Shown piece after piece: positions 25,956 to 37,890 of a DNA stretch of 64,000 nt. How positions within the stretch are numbered: the stretch's first letter is position 1; every line of letters starts with the position of its first letter. Source of the stretch: Macrostomum lignano (Eukaryota); NCBI GenBank assembly GCA_002269645.1, contig NIVC01000284.1, forward strand, positions 558,001-622,000, given 5' to 3'. The position numbers and the translations under genes were made by a program. Below the pieces are notes generated by a model. That model saw only the letters and a list, made by a program, of their open reading frames with translations, did no database searches and had not been told where the DNA came from.

Positions 25956-26798
25956 NNNNNNNNNNNNNNNNNNNNNNNNNNNNNNNNNNNNNNNNNNNNN
26001 NNNNNNNNNNNNNNNNNNNNNNNNNNNNNNNNNNNNNNNNNNNNNNNNNNNNNNNNNNNNNNNNNNNNNNNNNNNNNNNNNNNNNNNNNNNNNNNNNNNN
26101 NNNNNNNNNNNNNNNNNNNNNNNNNNNNNNNNNNNNNNNNNNNNNNNNNNNNNNNNNNNNNNNNNNNNNNNNNNNNNNNNNNNNNNNNNNNNNNNNNNNN
26201 NNNNNNNNNNNNNNNNNNNNNNNNNNNNNNNNNNNNNNNNNNNNNNNNNNNNNNNNNNNNNNNNNNNNNNNNNNNNNNNNNNNNNNNNNNNNNNNNNNNN
26301 NNNNNNNNNNNNNNNNNNNNNNNNNNNNNNNNNNNNNNNNNNNNNNNNNNNNNNNNNNNNNNNNNNNNNNNNNNNNNNNNNNNNNNNNNNNNNNNNNNNN
26401 NNNNNNNNNNNNNNNNNNNNNNNNNNNNNNNNNNNNNNNNNNNNNNNNNNNNNNNNNNNNNNNNNNNNNNNNNNNNNNNNNNNNNNNNNNNNNNNNNNNN
26501 NNNNNNNNNNNNNNNNNNNNNNNNNNNNNNNNNNNNNNNNNNNNNNNNNNNNNNNNNNNNNNNNNNNNNNNNNNNNNNNNNNNNNNNNNNNNNNNNNNNN
26601 NNNNNNNNNNNNNNNNNNNNNNNNNNNNNNNNNNNNNNNNNNNNNNNNNNNNNNNNNNNNNNNNNNNNNNNNNNNNNNNNNNNNNNNNNNNNNNNNNNNN
26701 NNNNNNNNNNNNNNNNNNNNNNNNNNNNNNNNNNNNNNNNNNNNNNNNNNNNNNNNNNNNNNNNNNNNNNNNNNNNNNNNNNNNNNNNNNNNNNNNNN
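25956..26798. other. Assembly gap (843 N)
   Basis: Run of N. Confidence 1.
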
Positions 26799-28489
26799 CG
26801 CTACTTTGTTGCCAAAAGCGACACTGCAAACTGTTTACTGGGAGCGGCTTGCAGACTCCGCGCTGTATCACTGCTCCCCAGCGCCTGCTTTTTCACATCA
26901 TGCGAGCATCGCAGTGTGGCGTTCGGCAGTTTTTATGAATTCTCCTTCCTTTCGGCCTAAAAGCCTTGTGTTGTTTGTTTGTTTCAACGCGTCTCAAATA
27001 TCTGCTTTTACTTCTGCTTTCTGTAAGTACACGCATTGCTCGTTTTCAATTCTCAACTAATTATTCTGTCGTGATTCAATTCGTCACCCAGTGGTACTTC
27101 ATTGAAAGTACGAGTAATTCAGTAGAATGGGATAGTAGATTTCTCTATGGACTAATGGAATTCCCTATCACATACATTATATCTTATATTCTTTCAGTCA
27201 GTCAGTCAGGTGAGACACCGGTAGTGAGAAATCGGGTGAGTCAATTGCCCAAAAAACCATTAAAATGGCACGGCACAGCTCATTGGTTTTATGAATCTAT
27301 TTTGTTATTCTTAGCTATCTGGGTAACAATATGTGTAACGGAGATGATAAGATAGATTCATAAAACCATAATTTTTATGATTTTTAGTTGCAGAAAATGT
27401 ACGTAGAATAAAGGATTAACATGAATCCTATTTTTTGAACCAAAAGCTTTATATATGAATGGAGCTATAAGAAAGGCACAACATTTCAGAATATTAAAGT
27501 TGGATCTGCCTCCTATCGAATGCAATAACAATTTTTTGCTTAAAATGAAAATTTCCCATCTCCGTAGTGTATTTTTCGGCAAAAAGTGGCCTTCAAAACA
27601 TTTTCGATAAATTTCGAGTGTTGCGTCCTTCTACGAGTACTTTAGTAGTCCTTGACAGTCAGCTTTATTTGAAACATTCAATATCGCGACCGCCCTACTA
27701 TATAATTTTTGGATTTTTCATGTCCAGCCAATACTACGAACCTACATGGAGGACGTTAAAACGTAGTATAATAAAACAAAGAGCGGTTACACGTAAGGAT
27801 ATGCATCTAATCCGGATAAGGGATATCAAATCAAAACGCACTTTTCAAAAAAATTAATACATGCAATTGCAGGTTTTGTACAGCATATTTGTACTTTACA
27901 ATATACATGATTAGAGAACCGTATGCGCTGGACAGAAGCTCGTACCAAAATTGAGGCACATGAGAAAAACAGTTTTAAGACAAAAACGATTGCATATAAT
28001 TGTCATTCGAATAAACTATATAACTACAGCGCTATTATTTCTTTTCAGTCAAAAAAGGAATAAACTTATTGTAGGAGCCTAGAAAGACATGCCTTCGGTT
28101 GACTTCCTTTTTATATTTTTTATAATTTAGCTTTGGTCAAGATTTAATCAATCAGACTTGAATGTGCGATAATGTCCAGCAATTATGCAACTCACATTAA
28201 CATTTTCTCCTTATTTGAAATCGAATCACATAAAGTCACAGTTTTCTTTCCTAGTGTTGATAAGGATTATTAGAACAGTTTATACGAGCTAAAATAAAGC
28301 TTTTGTATTCTATTGATATCGCCCTTCCTGCCTTAAATTTTTGCCTTGCACCTGTAATAATGATGAACCCAGGGTGACTTGTACAATAAAGCCTAATAGT
28401 CTTTCCTAAGGTTATTTCTAAATCATGTAAAAAAAATCCCAACTGAATGCTATCCAATATCAGACTTATTGTTTGTTAAATATTCGAAT

Positions 28490-30336
28490 CTACTTATTGA
28501 GTGACAGCTTGTCAAGGACGAGTCGAAGTTCGTCGCCATCCAGGGTAACGCGTTTCTCAGAGATTATGGTCTCGATTTGGTGCCTGCAGAATTCCCTGTG
28601 TTCCAACGACTGGCTGTAGTGGGCCAGGGTAAGAAGCTCCTCTAAATCCGGGTCTTCTTGCAGTTCACACGCCACTCTCAAAAATGTCGATTGGAAGATC
28701 TCGTAGAAGCTCAGCTTGGAGACTCCAGCTGAGGCAGCGAAAATTCACGTACAGGTGGGCGGAGCCAGGCTGCGACAGTCTGGCTTTCAACAGAGTCTGA
28801 GTGAACTCAGGGAGGAACGGCAGTCGAGGCGGACTGTCGCAGGGGAGGCAAAACCTCCACGCCCAGTCTTCCTCAATATCGAAAAAGTCTTTACTCAGAA
28901 GGTTTTCAGGCTTCCAACCTCTCTGCACTTGATGCGATTGCAGCTTCTTCAGGAGGATGTCAGCCTGTGCAGAATCCTTGGATTTCACATACGCCATGAC
29001 TTTCATGCACAAGACTGCGCATTTACACCACTGAAGCTGATCCAGGATATTAAGCTGTTCCATTAGCTCGTCCTTGTCAGTTGCTTCTGACTGCAGATCA
29101 ACCATGCATTGGTTCACCATGCAGTAGACCGCAATGGATGAATCTGCAGGTTGTGTGGCTTGAAAAGGTTTTTCTACTTTTCTGGTTAGAGGTAGCAAAG
29201 TGAACGGGTGAAAGTAGAAGTCCTCCGACTGTAGAGACATCATCTGTTCTTTCATTGCCTCATACACCTGTCTTATATTGCTTCTAATCTCTCTGAATTG
29301 GTCCGAAACTTTTGTCCTTGCGTTGACTAAGTCACCTCCGACTCCAGCATTTTTGAAGTACAACGGAGCGTCAGCATGAAGAATGCAGACACAGGCGAGC
29401 TGCCGGAAGCAACGAAGCTTAGCATCGTGTCGAGCGATTCATTTAGCAGATCGACCAAGTTCTCCACCGAATGCCAAACTATCTTTGCCTTGCTTCTCCA
29501 GCATGAACAGGAGCAAAGTCTTGCGTAGGTCTTGAGACCTGCCGTGTTTGCAAATTGATGGGCATGTATATCTTAAATATGTATTTCAAGATGACGAAAA
29601 GTTGGCCTTGTACTTCGCTTACGCTCTCCAAGATTCTTTTTCATGGAAGCTGAAACTCACTCTGAGTTCGTTCGGCGAGTTGGTCGAGTCGCTCTAACGA
29701 GGTGCACTGGGGGCAGATCTCGGTTAGGAAGAAGCTTTGCAATTCGGTCCTGACAGAAGTCGCTGCAACATTGGATAGCTTCGCAGATGTCTTCTGTGGG
29801 TCGAACACCGCTCGCTGGGGTCGTCATCGCCGGCTGGCTGCCTGAAAAGAGACAACAACAGTTTATACCTTAGTCGAATTGTTGCCAGGGCTCAGTTAGT
29901 ACTTTAAATCAGTCTTTGATCTTCGTTGCGGCTTGACTATTAAAGTTGTAAGGTTTAACAGAGCACAAGCAAGCGTTACTGATAAGCTGGGCAAAACTTA
30001 CCCGATCCAGCTTGCACCTGAGCGTGGCCTTCTCTAACCTGAAGCAGTGGAGAATTTTTGCAATTTTCAGACCTTTGGCAGCCTCCTTTCAGGTGAGTTA
30101 CTTGTCTAGAGTCCATCGTAGTCCAGTCGATGTCGGATTGAGCCCCTACTCTGCCGTTCACCTGCACGAGACTGTTCCCCCAGCCTTCTCGGTAGCTGCC
30201 AGTCATCTGCCTCTGACCATCTGAAGAGCTTTGAACCAGCGTTTGCAGAGTGCGACCCAGTACTTGCTGACACTTTGCCCTGCGCAGACTGAATCCTGCC
30301 TGGGTAAGCTGCTGGTGCCAACTCCGACTTAGCTCT
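28490..30336 (-). CDS. cGAS-like/Mab-21 family nucleotidyltransferase (cGLR-like), frameshifted: sequencing errors or young pseudogene
   Basis: Exon 30336-30002: MTGSYREGWGNSLVQVNGRVGAQSDIDWT (GS + DhD NTase motif), donor G|gtaag. Exon from 29841: EDICEAI...NELRVSFSFHEKRIL...QLFVILKYIFK...GLKTY/KTLLLFMLE...NLVDLLNESL..FFM/DAPLYFKN, the Mab-21 core succession. About six indels. First exon not located. Confidence 0.75.
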
Positions 30337-30824
30337 CTGTTTCTAAATTTGTTAAAGCTAAATATTCAGTAACACATACGATCGTATTTAAAAAAACAGA
30401 AGCAAAATTTTCTTAGAAACATGCTCTCAATAGTAGATTGTGTCTATGGTTTTGGCACCAGGACAATGCATTTAGACAACCTCCGAATCGCTTACCGAGT
30501 TTGTTTGACGCAAAAAATCCATTGTCGTGTTTTCCGAAGTTCTAAAAGCACAAAATTAATTTTAAAACACTTAAATTCGTTTTTGTACATGGAAGACATT
30601 GTAAGAAGGAGGATGAGTGAAACTCAAAAAATTTCCTGAATTTCATTGGGGCCAATTTTCGTTGCAAGCATGTTAGCTATGGTTGCTTGTCTAAACGGAT
30701 TTCGCAAGGATTTTGCTCTTGCATTGCATACATTAAATAGAGCTTTACCATAGACAAACTTGGTCGAGAGAAACAACATTACCAGAACAAAACCGGCCTC
30801 CAGTGAAATTTTCACGACTTGTTA

Positions 30825-31755
30825 CATCTTTTTGCATTCAATTTCAACCAAAGTCGCATTCAATTTCAGCAAGCTGGCATTCAAAATCGGCAATCTAAAT
30901 TAGCCATCTAAATCTTCATTCAATTTAAGCATGCTCGCATTCCATATCAGCGAACCACATTCAGCGAACTGCATTCAATTCAATTTTGCCTCAAACTTGT
31001 CTGCTCGTCTATGGGTAAACTTTATTGACGCGTGCAGATTTTGCGCTCAATTTCGGCAATCTGCATTCAAATTCAGCAAAATTTTATTAACTTAACGTAA
31101 AACAAAACGAACGTCGTCCAATACATGTACAGTGTCATAGGGAACAAAAACAGAAAATCGAAGTCACGTCAAGTGTGCTTCAGTCCCCATTGGTGTTCAT
31201 GAGCTCTGCAAGTTGTAAATAGTCCTGCCCTGTCTCGTGGGCATCGATAAGGCGGGCTCTATCTCCGTCAGAAACTCGTGCGTATGGTCCTCGACCGTCT
31301 TCTTCTTCTCACTCAATTTCTTCGACAGCTTGTTCTTTGATGATCTCATTGTCACTCATATCTATGTTCGATATCTACACTTGCAGTCAAAAAAAAACAG
31401 AAAGCTGGGGTGAAGTGAAATGAAAGGATCGACAGAGCCTCTTTGGATGTAAACTGTACATGGAATTGAACATTCGTCTGTGGTTGAAATCGAATGTGTT
31501 TTGCTGAATTTGAATGCAGATTGCCGAAATTGAGCGCAAAATCTGCACGCGTCAATAAAGTTTACCCATAGACGAGCAGACAAGTTTGAGAAAAAATTGA
31601 ATTGAATGCAGTTCGCTGAATGTGGTTCGCTGATATGGAATGCGAGCATGCTTAAATTGAATGAAGATTTAGATGGCTAATTTAGATTGCCGATTTTGAA
31701 TGCCAGCTTGATGAAATTGAATGCGACTTTGGTTGAAATTGAATGCAAAAAGGTG
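30825..31755 (-). mobile_element. Tc1/mariner-like deletion derivative with 257-bp TIRs and TA TSD
   Basis: TIRs 30825-31081 and 31499-31755, about 4 mismatches seen. TA at 30823-24 and 31756-57. Interior encodes RGPYARVSDGDRARLIDAHETGQDYLQLAELM, an HTH-like transposase N-terminus. Confidence 0.85.
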
Positions 31756-31817
31756 TAGTGTCCTTTCGTAGTCTCTGAATTTGCATTGATATTCAGAAAA
31801 AAAGAAATTTATATTGA

Positions 31818-33579
31818 TTAAAAGACGCACCCATTTTGCAGCACCGGAAGCACTTGGTAGTTATGATATTGATTAGCCAGCTGCTCGCATGTCATGCCTT
31901 GGTGATCTTGATGACTTGGGTCTGCTCCTTCGTTTATCAGAACCTTGGCAGATAAAACATGGCCCGCTATGCACGCTCGAGACAGAGCCGTCCGACCTTG
32001 GCCATCTACAGCCCTCACAGACGCACCGTGAAGCAGCAATTCATTGATGACGTCGTGCTGACCCGCATCTGCTGCCAGCATTAAAGCGGTTGCTCCTGTG
32101 CTATTCTGCTGATCGACATGCGTGTCGCTATAGTATTGGCTTCTGATTATCGTGAGTGCCAGTGCGACAAGACTGTGCGTGATGGACAGGCAGAGCAGTT
32201 GAGCGATGCGAACGGCATGCATTTTAGACAGCGTATATCGTAAAACTGAATCGTCACCAGGAATCTCCAGGTGCTGAGAGAGCAGCTTCAGCAGTGGAGA
32301 GTTGCGGAGCAGCCAGTCAGCTGGAATGGCTGCCACCGCTTTTCCGTCCGAGCTTGAGGAATAAAATCGGAACTGACCCGACTCCGGCTTTTGAAGCAGT
32401 GGACACAAGAAACTCGTTGAGTCTGCGGATATCCATCTTTTCTGCAACAGTCTCCGTCGCGGACCTCCAGTACTCGTCTTTCAGCAACATGCTGGAAGGA
32501 ATATACTTGCCGACAGTCGCGACAACATCCCAGTTTTTCGTATCTGCTGCAGCCCCTGCAGTTATCATGCAGCTACTTTCGAGAATGCTTTGATCGTCAA
32601 TGATCTCAATGAAAGTTTTCACTTCATTCCATTCGTTTCTGTCTGCAAGGATTTCTACTGCTTTCAGGCAGCACTGATCCCTCATGTTTTTGTCTTCAAT
32701 GGTTAGAGCCAGAAAAACCAGATCTTCGCACTGAGCAGATGAATGTGCTAAGTCTGCAAGCTTCATGCAGCACAGATACCTGCGACTGGGGTCAGCGATC
32801 AGCTCAACTAGAGACTTCGCGATATCCCAACTGCCAGATAATACAAAGGATTCAGCAAAATCGATGCATTTTTTATCTCTAAGTGCTGGATTAGAAATAT
32901 TTCTTAAAAGCGAAGTAGCTGCTTCCAAGCAATTGGATGCAGCAGATTGCTCTGCATAGGAGATGCAGAAAGAATCCCGGCCGTCCGAATCAGAAATCAT
33001 CTGCCCAAGAGAGGCCACACAGTTCATATTGCCATGGCTGGACGCAGATTCTGCAGCGTCTATGCAGTATTGATCTTTGAGTTGCCTATCGCGAATTGTA
33101 CCTGCTAGAAAAATAATGAGTTCATCGTTAAAAAGATCGTTATTTGCAAGTGCAGGAGCGTCTTCAAAAGTTTCGTCTGTTGTGCCAGCGTTTTCCGAAA
33201 CGGCCTTTATGTAAGATGAACAGAAGTCATCTCGCAGTTGTTCGTCAGAGATGCTTTGCACCAAAAAAGTCACAACATTCCAGTGCTGATTTCCTGCAGC
33301 GATCCAGGCTGCTTCCGCACAACAACTATCTTTACTGCTTTTGTCGAAAAAGAATTCCATCAGAGCAGCGACAACTTCTCCGTGGCCATTGGCTGCTGCA
33401 GCTTTTGTCGCCTCCGTGCAACACTTGTCCGAGCTGTCTCTGTCCGAAATCTTTTGCAAATATTTTTCCAGATCTTCTCTTGTACCACTGGCGGCGGCTT
33501 TGACTGCATTTTCTGCTGCATTCTTCTCCAAAATATCTTCTATTTTGCTTTCCAGGAAGTTTCGAGCACGATTGAACAT
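31818..33579 (-). CDS. Intronless protein: ten 35-aa helical repeats plus C-terminal ankyrin repeats, about 586 aa, one apparent +1 frameshift near 32410
   Basis: ORFs 32317-33693 and 31818-32447 overlap and join as NEFL/CPLLQK if one T is removed. Ankyrins: STGATALMLAADAGQHDVINELLLHGA, GQGRTALSRACIAGHVLSAKVLINEGADP. Likely ATG at 33579. Confidence 0.75.
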
Positions 33580-34307
33580 AATTATATGCGTGAAAAACTC
33601 ACTTGACGCAGTTTTCTTAATTGGCAAGGTATTTCGTTGAAACCATTTATTTGCTGTGAATTCGAAGATTATCGTTTGTAATGCTTTAAACACTTACAGA
33701 CTCGCTGTGCTTCGAGGGGGGTTGACAGAATGATAAGTTAAGGCTTAGGGCATAAAATCCAGACCAGCTAGCTATCGGAAACAAAATTCCAGCAGTCTTA
33801 GTTAAAATAATAGTTATATATATCGGCCAATCTTTTGCCCCTCCCCTCTCTCCACCAGTCTGCCACATGTAGTTAACTGGTGAGAGTTAGTGGAACCCGA
33901 CTGCAGGAAATTCCGTGGAAATTCCATGGCTAGTTCAACTACTGGAGAGATCGGTGGCTATGTTAAAGATAGTAGTGCCAGGGGTGATCAGGTGTCGCCT
34001 ACTGAGAAAAAGAGAGATAAAGTTTGGGGCACGGACGGACAGGTAGAGGGGTGCACAGGTGGCAGTCCCAATTGCCTAACATTTACAAGCCTAGCCTCCA
34101 CTTGAGCACTCATATATGAGGGAAACTATAGGTTTATGCAACTATAGGTTTATGCAAATACGTACTTGGAAGGTAGAAATCGATCGATCAGCGCATAGAA
34201 CGAATAAAATAGTGGTGCTGCGGGTCCCTAAGTTAGACACAATCTGCTGCGTGGCACTGCAGGAAAAAAGCATTGCGGGTGTTGTGTCGTGACAAGGGAG
34301 CCCTTGA

Positions 34308-34632
34308 AAGGGGGCATCACAAATCCGAAAAATCACAACTCCGAAAAGCGCTTTCCATCACAAGCCCGAAATATCATACGAGCGTAACTCCGAAATTGCT
34401 AGCAACGCACATCATATACCCGAAAAATCATAACTCTGAAATTTCTAGCAATGTCCAACACTATTTTGGTTTTCGGAGTTATGATATTTCGGGTTTGTGA
34501 TATTTCGGGTTTGTGATATTTCGGGTTTTGTGATATTTCGGGTTTATGATATTTCGGGTTTATGATATTTCGGATTTATGATGGGAAGTGCATTCGGAGT
34601 TGTGATTTTTCGGGTTTATGATGGCGACCCTT
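34308..34632. mobile_element. Small foldback/MITE-like element
   Basis: About 70-bp imperfect inverted ends (catcacaaatccgaaaaatcacaactccgaa versus its reverse complement) built from about 17-bp tgatatttcgggtt(t) repeats. Confidence 0.65.
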
Positions 34633-36271
34633 AAAACGACCGTTTTACTAAATATCAAGCTTAGTTTGAATAGGGTTATTTTTCTTACTACTCTACTGTA
34701 AGTAGGCGTCAACGTAAATGTTATGCAAATAATTAGTATTTTTTGCGTTGCCGAAATTATCGATCTTATAATAACTCATGCTTGAATGCAAATATAAGCG
34801 CAGCTTACTCGTCTTCCTAAGTGGAGCGCACCTTCCTCGAATTCTTGTTTGGCTAATTAATCGCGGCTTTCTGTGTTAGTCTATTGAGACACGACACCAC
34901 AGCGGGCAGATGGTATAACTCGAGCCCGAAGCGACCGAAAATCACAGTTGATGATGAGTTCGTTTGCGGTGAATCGAGAACCTTCGATGCAGCGACTCCC
35001 AAACCAGTCTGAGGCTGCTTTAGTAACCGAAGTGAACTCGATTTCTTATTTTCCCTTTCTATGTACTGGTGAGATCGCAGTGTTATTTTGACTGGTGTGG
35101 ACATCCGGTTACAATACGAGTAATATTAGAACCATATGTTGGTAGGTGAAGCATCCATACGGATATTGGAGTAGAAAAAGAACCTGCTCTGAGGTGAAAT
35201 ACTTGCAAGCGTTGTATGTACGTATCCAAATATTTATTGACTAATGACTGTAGGAACTGCTTTAAAATAGTGTGTTGCCAAAGAAGATATACATGTAGGT
35301 TAATTTTAAGTTTTACTTTTCACCCAATTTAATTGCTTAACCTAATAAACTTCCTTAACGCTTTTAAATCTTACTCAGTGTTCTTTTAACCTTTGCATGC
35401 AACCTATAACCTATGCATGTAATGTCACATGAAGACAAACTTTCGTTCAACTTTCAAGTTCAAGTTCAACTTCGAAACTTCTAGCTCTGTACATGTAAAT
35501 CGACAATCATTTTAGACAAACTCCTTTTAAATATCGACAGACCAGCACAGATTTGCATGAAGAAGAAAGCCTATATTTTTTTGGCATTGACAAAACTTCA
35601 TTTTAGTTTTGTCAGACTCCAACTCATATCGACAATCTGCTGACGCAACTTCTATAAACTCGGATTCACTTTCGTCAAAACATTGATTCGTCTAAAATCG
35701 TCAATTTACGCTCACTTTAGCCAGGAGAACCTACGAAATGTGCTGGGACCCAAGCACAGCTGGAATAAAATAAAATAAAGTTACAAAAAACAAGAAATTC
35801 TACTGTTGAGTAAATAAATACTGTGGTAATCTTTTTTTTCAACACCTAAAAACTTACATTAAAAGTTTGAAGTTAAACAATTTTCACAATATTAGATTTA
35901 AAATCAAAATATTAATAAATACCGTAATCAGCAAGAGTAATAAGCGAGAAATAGTAGAAGAATATATATCAGATAATCTCAGCTTTTTACAAATATATTA
36001 CCATCCTTAAAGTTAGTTTTGACCCAGCAATTTATTGCCAAGGTTCGTCACAGTAGTGAAGTAGCAATAATAATGAGTCGTAATTTACAGAACTTGACAT
36101 TCTCTCTTCTTCTTGGTCCTTTTGAGATACTGTTCCTGGAGAGCGCTGACAAGTTCCGTAGGGAGAGATGCCAGATTTTCCTGCAATTTGAATTTAATTG
36201 CTGATTATTACAGCAATGTTGCAACAGTTTCAACCTGTCTAGATTAGTTTGGATTTAATTAATTCTTGGAA

Positions 36272-37729
36272 TTAAGCAGTCAACCTTCTATCTACGACCT
36301 CTAGGAGCACCAGAGGCGCCAGCACCAGAGGCGCCAGCACCAGAGGCGCCAGCACCAGAGGCGCCAGCACCAGAGGCGCCAGCACCAGAGGCGCCAGCAC
36401 CAGAGGCGCCAGCACCAGAGGCGCCAGCACCAGAGGCGCCAGCACCAGAGGCGCCAGCACCAGAGGCGCCAGCACCAGAGGCGCCAGCACCAGAGGCGCC
36501 AGCACCAGAGGCGCCAGCACCAGAGGCGCCAGCACCAGAGGCGCCAGCACCAGAGGCGCCAGCACCAGAGGCGCCAGCACCAGAGGCGCCAGCACCAGAG
36601 GCGCCAGCACCAGAGGCGCCAGCACCAGAGGCGCCAGCACCAGAGGCGCCAGCACCAGAGGCGCCAGCACCAGAGGCGCCAGCACCAGAGGCGCCAGCAC
36701 CAGAGGCGCCAGCACCAGAGGCGCCAGCACCAGAGGCGCCAGCACCAGAGGCGCCAGCACCAGAGGCGCCAGCACCAGAGGCGCCAGCACCAGAGGCGCC
36801 AGCACCAGAGGCGCCAGCACCAGAGGCGCCAGCACCAGAGGCGCCAGCACCAGAGGCGCCAGCACCAGAGGCGCCAGCACCAGAGGCGCCAGCACCAGAG
36901 GCGCCAGCACCAGAGGCGCCAGCACCAGAGGCGCCAGCACCAGAGGCGCCAGCACCAGAGGCGCCAGCACCAGAGGCGCCAGCACCTGCAGAATATTTAG
37001 AGAATGGCACTCACGTGTGTCAGCGCACTGCATTCAATGTACTTGAGAGCTTTAGTCTTCTTAGCCAACTTTTTTCCCTGCTTGAAGGTGACCGGCGCCC
37101 TTCCATTCTTTGCCAGTTTCTCAACCACATCCGGGTCTGTCCTCAAATCTGCCTTGGTGCCAATCAGGACGAATGGAGTACTGCTATTGTAGATGTAACT
37201 CGGAGCCTCTCGCAACCACTTGGTTTCCACATTTTCAAATGACGCCGGGTCGATCACCGAGAAGCAGATCAGGTAGCCGTCGTAGCTGGGATACGCGGGA
37301 GGACGCAATCTGAAGTGGAAAGTAGAAAGTATGCAAAGCAAGATGAATTATCATGCAGTGTACAGTCTGATGTACAGCCAAAGACATCGATGAGTGTTGC
37401 TGAACTGGCAGCTAACTTATAGTCTATGGCCAGCCCTGCGGACCGCTATAAGTGGATTTCTTTCAGGCTTTTAATAATAAGAGGTTTTAAAGTTATATTT
37501 TAGCTGATCAGTTGCACTCGATTTACCTGTCGTATTCCAGTGGCACCGGCAAGTCAATTAATTGCAGAATGAAGTCCTCTGTACCAATTTTTCCTGTGAT
37601 TTCCTTGGGGTCGCACGTATTCGGCACGTACTCCGATGGAAACTGGCTGGTTGCAGAAGTTATGATCAGACTGGTTTTTCCAACGCCCTTGTCGCCGACC
37701 ACAGAGCATTTACACGTAAAACATTGCAT
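36272..37729 (-). CDS. Atypical Rho-family GTPase (Rac/Cdc42-like fold)
   Basis: Exon 37729-37527 (KCSVVGDKGVGKTSL..FPSEYVPN..LQLIDLPVPLEYDR) and exon 37309-37015 (LRP..YLICFSVIDPASFENVETKW..FVLIGTKADLR..KYIECSALT) have canonical splice sites. Possible last exon 36985-36272 after a 29-nt intron; otherwise stop at 36997. Confidence 0.8.
36307..36986. repeat. Perfect 15-bp tandem repeat, about 45 copies
   Basis: (gcgccagcaccagag)n. Minus strand reads (VLAPL)n or (GAGAS)n. Confidence 0.97.
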
Positions 37730-37890
37730 GTTGGCCTAAAATATTATTGAATTGATTTGTTTGGTCATTTCATGTTTCATTTTTAGTACAATTTGAGTCA
37801 GAAAATGCTAAGGGCCAACGTATCCTGAATAAATTTGATTCCTGTGCTCCACTTTGGGATACTTAACAGCAGAAAGACCACGCTATTTTT

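Noticed and set aside
25939-26960. ORFs spanning the N run
   Set aside because: Artefacts of the assembly gap.
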